Assembly (NCBI RefSeq): GCF_001949145.1
Contig: NW_019091357.1
Location: 310,001-369,519 of the forward strand
Source: Acanthaster planci
Lineage: Eukaryota
DNA length: 59,519 nt
Direction of reading: 5' to 3'
Shown here: one piece after another, positions 12,234 to 24,061 of the stretch
How the letters are laid out: each line of letters starts with the position of its first letter
How positions within the stretch are numbered: the first letter of the stretch is position 1
Notes under the pieces: model-generated
What the model was told of the DNA's origin: nothing
Database searches by the model: none
The model's input: only the letters and a program-made list of their open reading frames with translations
Translations under genes and position numbers: made by a program

Positions 12234-13879
12234 GGGCGCTATATAGTTTTGGATCATGAGCAAGGACACTTACTTGGGATCGCAGACAGTACTTCTGGCC
12301 GAGAGATGTCATTCATTAATGATTTCTCAGTCCCCCTCTGGTAAATGAATGGCTCATTTTCGTTTCATGACGACTGTGAGACCTATCTAAAGTACCTCAT
12401 ACGAAACTTTTTAATCCAGTTCGCATCTAAAATTTTTCACGAAGTTGTGAACAGATGTTTTGCCACCTGAATAGTTTTGCCATGTCTATCGCTAACAAAA
12501 TTAACCTTTTGTCTGTTTCGTACTCTGCAGTCCTGTCTGTGAAGCCTCAGTGTCTGGTCGGTGATGATGCATACGCACTGGCTCCCTTGGGATGCATTTG
12601 CTGAGAACAAATTGTAGTGATAACGTATCATTGTGGGAAATTATAAAAAATCAAATCTAACGTTTGGGTAAGATCTGAGACTATTTTTTGTTGAAAATTT
12701 TTATTGAAATTTAAAATTTGTCGAACTAAACTTTAAGACAGTTTATCTTGATCAGAGACAGCGATGTGAACTTAACGAGGTTTGGGACTGTTACAGGAAG
12801 ATTCGATAACAAAAAGTAAACAAGTTTATCAGGAAAAGCCAGAATAACAACTTTGTTTGAGAAAACTAGAACCGATTGGAAAATAGAAGTGTTAGCTTAC
12901 GGCCAAAACGATCAAGGAAACCCAATTTTGAAGAAATTGGAAATTTAAAACTGGCCTATGCGATTTGTAATGAAAATGTTTACAAAAACGAACCACAAAA
13001 TTACTGTCATTTAATGTTTTACAGTTTGAGGAAATCCGTAACAAAACAGGATTCAGCAATGTTCTGACGGATAAACGGCTTTGTCAGATCGGTTACAGTG
13101 TCGCAAAATACAGAAGAACGTATTAATTCTATGGATTCATATTCAATTTATGTACAGTAGTCTGTAGTTGTGTTATTAATGTTGTTTTCCTTGAATAAAA
13201 GAACTTTTCAGGAATACTTATTCAGAATCTTTTGCCGTTTGTGGCATTTTGTAATGACGGATAAGATGCCCCAAACAGCAGCTCAATGAGCCATAAACTG
13301 GAGAGACTGTTTCTAACGAAGTAACCAAAGTGGGCTGGGCGGGGTGTTGGAGACAGAAGAAAGGCAGGTTTTGATCAACACACGACACTTTCTATACCTC
13401 TTCACTGAAACGTACAAACAAGGAGCATTATAAGTGGTTCATCGATGATTTTTTTTTAAGAAAACCATCATCATAGCCCATCCCATCGGTGTCGACGGTG
13501 GAGACAGCGTCTTTCACGGTCATCTTTGTACTGTTGGACAGAATTAACGAAGCAGCGCGGCCTTTGCGCACTACGCCAGTTGGTGCAGTAATTGCTTGTA
13601 ACAGTTGTTCCCAGAAAATACAAATAAAAAATCACAACCTTTCCCCAAAACTCCCCCACCCCCCAAAAAGAAAAGATGGTCCATCATCTAGAAGTGGCCA
13701 AGGGTGGCCTGAAATTTTAAAACTATTTGTGGCCTTTCTGAGGGTTGCCAAAAAGAGAGAGAGAAAAAAAATCGTCTTTCTCTCATTAACCCCCTTAAAG
13801 GCAGGGGTTTGGGCGTTGGGAGGGTGTAGCCCCTGTTGCTCCAGCCTGGATCCGCCCTTGAAAGTGGCATACTTATGAT

Positions 13880-14110
13880 GATGACGATTCGACGGCGCGA
13901 CGTTGTTTGCAGGATTAATATTGGAGGCGGGCGAATTTGTGACACTTGATGGCGCCATTCATGTTAACCATTAACCAGTTGCTCGGGACAGCAGCTTGTA
14001 GTCCTGAAGGTCTCTTCGCCTAAGTGCGATATTCTGACAAAAACTCAGTTATATCTTCAGAAGTTATGGTAACGCTGAGACTGGAGAGTAGTGTGCAGGT
14101 AAAAGTAAGT
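13880..14110 (+). promoter_or_regulatory. Probable CpG-rich promoter and non-coding first exon of the PAQR gene
   Basis: Local CpG enrichment and a YY1-like GATGGCGCCAT (~13948). Tandem donor sites CAG|GTAAAA|GTAAGT at 14099 and 14105 match an acceptor TTTTTCTCCAG ending at 15445, just upstream of the PAQR ATG. Confidence 0.5.
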
Positions 14111-15484
14111 AAACGGACCACAGCTGGTAAATTTTTGGGTGGAAAAAGGAGGAATTTTTGGTCCATAAGTTTTGAGCAGAAAGCCGGCGAGTGAACAGTT
14201 TGGGCGGGGTCGACGGTCAGTGATGCTATGGCAATGGTCAGGGTTGCGCGTGTGTATGATTTGACGTCTGCCGTTCTGGCCAGCTAGCTCGGTGTTTAAT
14301 CCAGTGTCGGGTGGGGGTTGCTTTGTTTGCGTGATTTAATGCGAGGTTTGGTTAGCTTTCAGTTTTCCAAATATGTTGTATGTTTTTTTCAGTCATTATT
14401 TTGTTCACCTCCGGATCCAGCTGGCTAACGCTGAGTAACAGTGCAGTAACAATAACAGTCATTAGTACATGTACATTAGGCCTGGGCCAATACAGACATT
14501 GTTATTTTTCTACACTGGAATATCAGCCAACAGAAAGCAATAACATATCCTAAAGAGTCAAATTTAGCAGGGAAAATACCAAAAGTGTTTACTCATGAAA
14601 TAATTTTCAGACCAGTCTTAAACTTAGAGTCAGTGCACTCAGTGTCAAATTACATGTATGTTCGTGTATGGAACTCTTTCCTTACCTAACTAATGTCAGG
14701 GCCATGTGCCGATACTTGTATTTAAAGACACAATTTGGAATTCATCATTTTCAGCTGGAACGACTTCTGTGACTTCACTTGGCCAGTGAGTTTAACTTTT
14801 AGTTTTACAGTAATTTTGGGCCAATATTTTCTGTTTTCATCAGCAAGCACTCCTGAAGCAAAGGATCTACTCAACACAGAAAATGATCAAGTTGAATTGG
14901 ATAAAGAGACGTATATCAGAGTTTTTACAACTGTGCATTTATTGAGTCATGTGCAAAACAATGCCAGTTCTCATACCAAATTCATGAAGGGATCCGACCA
15001 GTCGGATCTAATTGATTTGAAGCTAATTGTTATTTTTGGTTTTCCAGCAGCCTTACACTCATCATTTGGTGTCCAGTTCAAATAAAATAGACCTACAAAA
15101 AATGTGTTCTCCTTCTTTAGTTGATATTTATGAAAGTGGTTTCAAAAGTTTTTTCTCCAGTACTCTGTGATACATGTACTGACAAAAGATTTTGAAAGTA
15201 ATGGAAAAATCTCAGAATAACAACCAACCTTGATGACTGTCTGAAAAATGGTCACGAAATAACCTCTTGGCTTAAGACGCAACAAGTGTTCCAATCGTTT
15301 ATTGGATAAATGTCTTTAAACATTCAAATCTGGCTATATCAATCAAAGTTGGGCCTTGTCTTAGTTGTCTGTGCTGAAGAAAGTGTTTTAAAAGAACTGG
15401 AAGTTTAAATGTCCAATTTCATTTTTGTTGGTCATTTTTCTCCAGGAATTTGATAGATGACATTGGTTTGGAAGTGGGGGAAAG

Positions 15485-16480
15485 ATGAAAATCTCAATTG
15501 GCTATGAGAATAACCAGCCTCCTGGTCTGCGAGCTGAGGAGGTTCCACTGCAGTTCCGTGAGCCATACGTAGAGATTGGATACCGCAAGCCTTACCAACC
15601 TTTCAGCTTCTACCTGAAGAGCTTCTTTCAGATCCACAATGAATCCCTCAACGTATGGACCCATGCTATCGCCTGCGTGGCCATCATGTTCCAGGGGATT
15701 CGGCTCTGCGCGACCTTGGACATGGAACATGATCCTTATGCCCCAATGTTCAAGATGCTCATCTTTAGCTGCATGACCTACCTGTTTCTCAGCACCTGCG
15801 CGCACCTGTTCCAATCAATTAATGAGGTGGCTCATCACACCTGTTTCTTCATCGACTACATGGGTGTCAGCCTGTATGCCTTCTCTGCTGGTATGGCCCA
15901 TATTCACTTCTGTGCTCTGCCTTGGGTTTATGATGTCACTGAAAGTTTCTACCTCCCCCTTCATTGGTTTCTCTCCTTCTTAGTTTGCTTCTGCTGCAGT
16001 TACTCCAAGTATCGCTACAAACGACCTTACCCCTTCGCTCGCAAAGTTTGGCAGATGTCCTCTGTGGCCGCTGGTTACATCATAACCATGTTTCCTGTTG
16101 TTATGCGCCTTCTGTTCCAGGGGCTGTCAATTTTCCACGACTTGGCCCTCTTCTACCAGGTGCTCTCGGTGGCTTCCTTTTTAGCTGGCTCCTTTTTCTT
16201 TGCTGCCCCTTTCCCCCAGAAATTTTCCCCTGGTAACTTTGACATTGTAGGACATGGTCATCAACTGTTTCACATATTCATGGCGTTGACGTCCTACATG
16301 GAAGTGGAAGCCGTCTACCGAGACTACGTTGACAGACGAAGTATCTACTCCAACCTTTTCACCCCCACGCCCATGATAGTCTATGGCTACTTTGTTCTAC
16401 TTATGATCGCCAATATGACTGTTGTCTTTGTTTTCCGTGAGAAGATCAAGGCTCGAATTGAACGAGAAAAAGAGGAGTGA
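15485..16480 (+). CDS. Membrane progestin receptor alpha/beta-like (PAQR7/PAQR8 class), 331 aa, intronless CDS
   Basis: VPLQFREPYVEIGYR...SFFQIHNESLNVWTH, STCAH, FIDYMG and FPQKFSPGNFDIVGHGHQLFH are PAQR/HlyIII Zn-binding motifs; about 7 hydrophobic segments. Vertebrate PAQR7/8 also have single-exon CDSs. Confidence 0.93.
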   Translation: MKISIGYENNQPPGLRAEEVPLQFREPYVEIGYRKPYQPFSFYLKSFFQIHNESLNVWTHAIACVAIMFQGIRLCATLDMEHDPYAPMFKMLIFSCMTYLFLSTCAHLFQSINEVAHHTCFFIDYMGVSLYAFSAGMAHIHFCALPWVYDVTESFYLPLHWFLSFLVCFCCSYSKYRYKRPYPFARKVWQMSSVAAGYIITMFPVVMRLLFQGLSIFHDLALFYQVLSVASFLAGSFFFAAPFPQKFSPGNFDIVGHGHQLFHIFMALTSYMEVEAVYRDYVDRRSIYSNLFTPTPMIVYGYFVLLMIANMTVVFVFREKIKARIEREKEE

Positions 16481-17121
16481 AAGTTAGGTAAGGATCACGA
16501 ACCAATACGTAAACTTGTACCCAATTAATTGAAATAATATTTTTGCTGGAATAACTATTTTAAATTTAAATGTTGTAAATGATTATTTCACCTGTTTCAA
16601 ATTAGGTTTAATTGTATCAATGCAAAATGCAAAAAAATGGTTGAATGTTGCCCAGGATTTCGAACTTCACCTTGATGTATTACCAGTGTTTACATGGGTA
16701 TACATGTACATACATGTACGAGTAGCTGGCTCCGAAGTGGTTCCTTCATGATGAAACATCTACTGAAGTAACACAGACATTGTACTCTGACTGTATTCCA
16801 TGCGTGCATTAAAAAACAAACAAAAAGTATGAGTTAAAATGTGACGAGTTCTTGCAAACATGTATGTTGAGCTTTTTTAATCAGTTACTCAGTTTATAAG
16901 TAAAAAGAAACTTTCAATAGTAAATGATGTGCATGTTCTGTGCTTTTATACATTTTGATTACTTTTCTACACATAAATTGTTTCAACGTGATTTAATTTT
17001 GTGTTAAACTGTTTTTGCTAGGGATTTAAACTATAGATGCAAGCAGCCTTTCCATGCAATGCACTGCACACAATGATTACACCGATAAAAATTATTATAC
17101 TCAGAAACAGACCTGTCGTAC

Positions 17122-17198
17122 GTACGTTGTACATTGTACGTCGTACGTTGTACGCTGTACGTTGTATGTCGTACGTTGTATGTTGTACGTCGTACATC
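17122..17198. repeat. 7-bp tandem array (GTACGTY) x11
   Basis: gtacgtt gtacatt gtacgtc gtacgtt gtacgct gtacgtt gtatgtc gtacgtt gtatgtt gtacgtc gtacatc. Confidence 0.95.
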
Positions 17199-20100
17199 AA
17201 CAGACTTCTGGGATGCACAGTATGAAGTCACAAAATTGAAAGTCACATGTGCCGGACTTAGATTAATTAATATCAGACTACAGCAACAAACAGCCCATAC
17301 ACAAACCAACTTGTCTTTGGATGTTTCAACTCATGATACCGGTATACGGTAGCTTTCCTTAATTTTTGATTTTGGTCAGTTTGAACTTTGTCAGGAAAAC
17401 ATGTACATGTATTTTGTTTCAAGTCCTACATTATCATAATCCTAAAAAGTACTGGTTTATGAATAAACTGGCCAGTGAAGTGTACAATGCATGTGTCAAA
17501 TTAAGCTTTCAACGAGTACAGATTGTTTGGGTCCATACAGCATCCAATGTACATGTGAATGTAGCAAAGTCTGTGAATGATACATGCGATGTTTGTGTTC
17601 ATGCTGGTTGGAATATGCTGTGTGATATGATTTTATAATGAGAGTACCAGTATATATTCCATTTTCAGCATTGTTCCAATAATCCATTTGAATCTCTTGA
17701 AAACTCTAAGTAGTCTCACAAAGAACTGTATGCACTGTACAGCTGTATGGAGTTTAGAACGCTCACTGACCTGTAACATGTACAGAATTTATCACACCTG
17801 ATGTGTGAATGGATGTAAATTTGCTTTTATGGACCTAAAACGAGATTTGCCTAGTGTTAACTGTCCAAAGGTGATATTATTTTAAACAGATAGAGTTGTT
17901 ACGATTTTGGAAAATTCCAAAGTAGACTGTCTGGGAGTTGACAAAAAATTAAATGTGAAAATGTACGCAAGTACACCAAACCATTAACCATTTGGGCAAA
18001 AAAGCCGTGAACTGTCCAGTTGAAACCACACTTTGACTGCAGCAAATTTTTTTCAGATTCAGACTTTCTGTCATGTTTACCAGCATGATTTTTGTCATGC
18101 ACAGCAACTACCCATACAATCTCTTGTACAGTAACTGTGTTCCTCTTGTACCCCCAACCTGCCATTACCTAACCGTACTCTGTCTAGGCAGGAGACTGCT
18201 ATTGTTATGTCGGCCTTGTCATGCCTGAATGAATGCACGTACCCTCCAATCAATTTGGGGGGGGGGGTTGGGAGCCAGTTGGACACATGCCTTTTTGTCT
18301 GTATTCACTTCTTTCCATCTTTTTTTCAATTAGCAGGAATACACAGTAATAATAGTGTGATGATTTCAGGAAATGATATTCACGGTTGTTTGCTGACTTT
18401 GGTGGCTTTTGTAATTGTGCACTGATAAAGGCAGTTTGTTTCCTACTATGTACTTTGGAAGGTTTGTGTAGTAAATAAAAGGTAGGGGTGCTAGGGAGAC
18501 ATTTTTCTTTGCCCTCATAAATTCTTTTTATCTGTAGAATTGAATTTTTGTTCATGGAAAAACTGAATTTTCTAAAAGTCAATCAGAAAAAAGAATTAAG
18601 ATTCACAAATATTTGTTGTTTTCTTTTTTTGCACTGTAGCTGTAGTTCATATTTTAGTTGTGCCAACTGAAAGGCAAAAATCCTTATTTGGGCAAAAATT
18701 GAGGGAATTAGTTGTCATTTTGATATTATCATGGCTTGTGAGTTGAGCTGTGTTGAGGTGATAAATCTACATGTAATTACATATTCTCTGAGGTGCAAAC
18801 ATCACCAGGCTTTCTTGTGCAGGTGTTGTCTTGGACAAATATCTCTTGTTGTTCTGTCATGTAGATGCAGTCTCAATGTATGTAACACCCAAACAAAAAC
18901 ATTGTTACATGTTGAACTCTACTAAATGTCTGTTCTTGTGCAACATTAATTGAAAACTGTTTTTTTCTGTTTCTTTTTGGCAAACAAATCCAAAAGGTTT
19001 GCTACCTTGTAAGTAAAGTTTTACTATTTATGAAATCCATTGTCAGGTGCAGAAAAAAAATCTGAAATTGCTGATCAGTGCAAGATTCAAACCATCTTTT
19101 GTTTTTCATGGAACTCGTAGACCACCAAATTCATTTGCCTGAAAGACAGCAATGAATCTTGTTACCATACTGCATGTTAATTCCAGACCAGCATGAGACA
19201 GGGAAAAGAGTTCCTCGTGAATTTTAATTTTCTATTCTCATTTTCCCAGAGGTCTTTTCACATGTCTGCAAGGCAGTCGAGCAATCATCCAACACACAGT
19301 CCCCTGAGGCCTCGTGTCCAGGCATAATATAGATGGGGAAAAAAATTACTGGTGTAAATTTAATACAGAGGCCTTTAAAGCTAAGCAGTGTACATACCTA
19401 TAATGGTACATGTACTGTGATCTTCATTTGAGCTATTTAAGAGACTTTCCCTCCAGGGTTTGAATAAATCAGCAGTTCCAAGAAGTCTCATGATATTGAG
19501 AAGGTCGTCTGTGAAATTCTGTAATGCTGTGCGAAAACCATAAAATGATAAATGGCTAACTTCCTGTTTGCTTTTCTGTACATTTACTGGACTGTTCCAC
19601 TTTTCTGTCTCAGTTTTCCATGTACATGTACGAGTACATCTGAGATTGACTGTGTCCATGTGCTCATACAGTTCCAGTACATGTCATCAACAAATGAATG
19701 AGGTTTATTTTCAAGAGAGCAATCTTCAGTAATTAACTTCTAAACTGGATCTTTAGAGCTTAGTAACAAATTTTCTGTTGGAGTGTATGATTTGGACAGT
19801 GTATAGTGTAATCCAGAAATCAGCTGCATGGGATCGCTGCTTTATTTTTCCTAGACATACAGATGAGCAGTCTTTGAGGCAGTGTGTAACTCAAGATAAT
19901 TACAGAAGGCAGAATTGCTCTGCTATATTTAGAAGGAAAATAATTCATCACTGGCATGGCTTCCTCACAATATATTCAAAATTTAGTATGGAATCAATTA
20001 CCTTTCAGGGTTCTTTGATAATGACGTTTGAACTAGCAAAGTGTATGCACTAATGGATTGTAATGTGTGACATCGTTCATTTAGTATTATTATTTTTGTT

Positions 20101-21845
20101 GGTAAAAGTAAGTAGGCATGACTTCTAACATCTTGTAACACGTTTGTTTTGATGTATGATCAGCAGAATTGGTAATAAGTGAATAGTAACTCTGATATGG
20201 AGTCTCGAGGTGAAATAAACAAAGTCTAGTTTTGTTTTACCAGATGAAAGATTTCACTTTCGGATGGGTTTGATAATATGTTGAGTCACATGTGCTTCAG
20301 CCTTGCATCTAAAATTGCAGTTGCTAATCTTTTTCAGCATGAAGAAAACACCTCAAAAAGAAGTTAACTTTACGGTTGTTATCTTAGATGAAGGAAAAAA
20401 ACAGACACTGATAAATGACTTGCTCACACAGCTCAGTTTGCAATGAATGTGTCCTGTGGTGTATTATTAAAGGCACCAAACAGAACCTTCAAGACTATTG
20501 TACTCTATTTAAATCATATTTTATTGTAAAAAAGTCTTGTTTAAAAAAAAACAAAAAAAATTCTTTCCAATGCGTATGACATTATGTACAAAAATGAGAA
20601 AATCTATTTTTTATTAATTTAGTGATGACGTTTGTGATTAGCATTCATGGAGTATTGTGATTATTAATGTGCAGTTTTTAGGTAGGCACTGTAGGAGGTC
20701 TTACTTTGGTGCAAAGGTGGTAACATTTACTTGTAGATTATCAATGTTGTATTTCTATATAATTACATACATGTGCATGTGTGTTTTTGTCATTGAATAC
20801 GAGTAGCCATTGTGACACCAGCTGGAGTTGCCCTGTAGTGTCAAAATGTATAGATTACAGAACAATCTTGATTTGAACTTCATTATTGTCAGGAAATGGT
20901 ATAAATAGCTTAAACTGGCCATGCATGATGATTTTAAAAACTACACTGTCATTTTCATAATTGTAAAAGGAGGTAAACAATGCTTGCATAACAAGAACTT
21001 GTAAAAGAATTTAAAGATTGATTTTCTGTGACACTGTGCGTGTTAATATTTCTATTACTCTGCCTTGACTCCAAGAAGATATGGTGGTCCAAAATAGTCC
21101 CTGTGTGCAGGCCTTGTAAAAGTTGAGGAAAGAAAAACATGTAGAATCACTTGTGAACAATTTACTTCGTTCATGAAATGAAGTCAAGATTCTTTAAATA
21201 ATTTCTAGGAATAAAAGTGCGTGACCTTTCATAACACTGGCAAAGATTTCTCATCCTAATCTTATCATGTTATCTCAGTGCAAGTGTCATTCATATCTTG
21301 TCATGCAGACAGTTGTTGGTGACACGTCTAATCATGGTAGCTAGTAATGAGCTGATGTGAGCTTCTTGATTGGATGTGCAAACATCTCAATATCAGATGT
21401 TGGCCTTTTTGTTTATACATTTGACAAGCAAAGCCATCAATAAGATTGCTTACTACAATTACGAGTTTGTTCTAAAATCAAGTCATTTATCCATAGCATG
21501 ATATAATATAGTGCACATACTGATATGATTACAGGTGTTTTTTATGTTGATTAGTGTGACTGACCACAGGTACACTGCATGTGTAACCAATACTGTAATG
21601 ACTTTCAGTCTATTAGGGTCATAGTTGGTGTATTTTACACAATATACTTGTAGTAATATGAATGTACGGTAATGAAATAATGCATATATGTTCATCTTGA
21701 AGCATGTAGTGCTGTATTGTGTGTTAATGTCTTTGAATACATAGACTACTTCTACTGTAATTGTCAGCAGACTTGAATCCTTGATGCTGATTGGTTGATT
21801 CCCGGCAAAAGTTCAGTGATATACATATGCATGATCTTGGCCCGT

Positions 21846-22054
21846 GCCCGTGGGAACACATTTTTCTTAGGGGGTGCTGAGGTTGTAAAATCATAAATAT
21901 CAAGGTTTTTTCATTTGATCTCTGACATTGGAGAGTTTGATTATGTTTGTGGCTTAACGTGGTTAAGGTTAGGGGTGCTATTTTGTACACCAGCACCCCG
22001 GTCCAAAAAAGTTAGCGGTGCTTCAGCACCCATAGCACCCCCAATCCTGCGGGC
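21846..22054. mobile_element. MITE-like element with imperfect terminal inverted repeats
   Basis: Left GCCCGTGGGAAC...GGGGGTGCTGA; right TCAGCACCCATAGCACCCCCAATCCTGCGGGC. Internal GGGGTGCT/AGCACCCC motifs. Confidence 0.55.
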
Positions 22055-23629
22055 TTATCTTAGCCTTTGTGGGCAGTCCTTTTCACGATATGTTGAATGA
22101 ACAAATACTTTGCCTGTTGGACCTTCCATTCATGAAGTGCGGAGAGCATGCACATTGCACAAGTTTGGAATCATCTTGGATGTTTTTGTAAAGTCTAGTT
22201 TGCTTTTAGATAAACCTCTCCTTCCTCTTGAAAATATGGAATATAGGAAAAGGTTTTCCATATTCTAAGAACACTTCAAATATATTAAGAGGTGTTCCAA
22301 CCAGGCTGGAAGGTTTATTTAATGGGACACGTACACATAGCGAAAGTGTATTACATTATAAGTGCAGACTTCAGTAGTATTTTATTGTGTGCAGTAAAGA
22401 TGTATGATTGCTTCGATAAGCGTAGATTATATAGTTTACTAGTCTCAGGACACTTCTAAATTACTTCATGAATATTCGAATTTTTCTTCGTGGGATATTC
22501 AGAGCTTTTCATATTTGTTAATATTTCTCTAAATTTTATGATGAAAGCCTTCTAAAATATTATGCAATTTGTAAAAAAAGCTTGGAAATCTGTGATTGCT
22601 TTTGGTAATGCTAAGTTTTGTTTTCTTTCTGTAACTGAAGAAATCTAGTACTTGTATTTAATGTTTTATTTTAGTAGTGAATGGTCTAAATGCAGTTATG
22701 CTTCAGTGGTTATTTTATTATTGTGTGCAGTTGACTTGAATAATGCTCAAAATTTTCTCCATGCATCAAGAAATTAGCTTGTAACCGTGGTAATACATAT
22801 ATGTAGAAGATTGCATTTAAAGACCCCTAGGCTCTTTAGAACTAACGTGCAATTGTTTTAGTAACCATTGATATTTTTTCACCTTAGGTTGTTCAAGACC
22901 GCTGCTACTTTGTTTAAATAACACAGTTTTTGATGGTCTCATTTTAGAAACAAATAATCCAAGCCGTGTTGGAAGAATGTTCAGAATTTTAATAATTTTT
23001 GGGAAGTACTCTTGAAAAAATGAATGGATTTTAATGAAGAAGATTTGGGGCAAGTTTGTTTCTTAAAACTGCTAGTTTCCAAATAAATATAGCCTCAAGA
23101 AAGGGTCGGTTTTAGTTCAGAAAACAGCATCTGGTCACCTCTGAGATAACTCACCAATCTCTCTCTTTTCTCAAATCGGATATCTGAAATGTGTGATACA
23201 TGGTCTGCGCACAATATATCCCTGCTTGCTTTTGTGTTTAAAAATTAAAGTTAGCTGCAGTGCGGAAATGACGTTGCATTTGTCTCTTGGTGTTTTTACT
23301 GTTTCAAGTTGTTTCAATTATGGAATTAAATTGAGGTTCAAGTCGAGTATCGAGAAGAAGAAAATGGAAGGAAAATTCACCTGTTGATAGCTAGGAAATA
23401 TTAAGTTTTATGCGATAGATGCTGTACCGCTATGCTTGCAGGTGACTTCATTTAGGAGCCTATCGCCTCACCTTTTAGTTCCAATATTCATGCGCAGACT
23501 TCACTAGTTGTTCCATTTTTGTGTTCCGTTTCTTTAAAATAGATCTAAAGAGTAGCATGAATATTGATAAAGCATCGCTCCCTGGACGTTATAAGTATAG
23601 CAGATCCTTCATCGAAACGTGGGCTTATT

Positions 23630-24061
23630 TCTTTTTAGCCAATCAATGGCCTTGAAACGCCCCACCCAGGCACGTAGCTGTTCCCGTACCCAGGAAAATG
23701 TTCACCCCAACTACGGTCAAATCACAGCACATTGTCGAATGATCTTACCCGACTAATAATAAATTTCCCACGGCAAGTCGGGATTAAGCTTGATTAAACT
23801 AATGAAGTTGCGTTAAACTAGACCATTTTGAACTGAGCATATGCAAATGAAGACATATGATCGAAACAATTTTGTGATATATCGGATGTGTGGTTTATTT
23901 TTATGATCATTAATGGACAAGTTGATCCGCACCAATCGCGGAAAACCAATATATTTTTACCCATCTTGCCCGTGCATCGGATCGGATCGGACGGCTGGAT
24001 CGGCTGCTTGGCGCGCACGGCGCGGCGCGGCGCTATTCATAATTTTGCCGGCTGAATCAAA
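23630..24061 (+). promoter_or_regulatory. ACSS2 proximal promoter (CpG-rich; CCAAT, GC/KLF and SRE-like sites)
   Basis: CCAAT at 23639, 23932 and 23946; CGCCCCACCC at 23658; TTCACCCCAAC at 23701; (ATCGG)3 at 23976; GCGCG-type repeats at 24014-24033, directly before the ATG. Confidence 0.6.

Noticed and set aside
17018..17352. Cluster of overlapping short ORFs in five frames
   Set aside because: Produced by the stop-free 7-bp tandem array.
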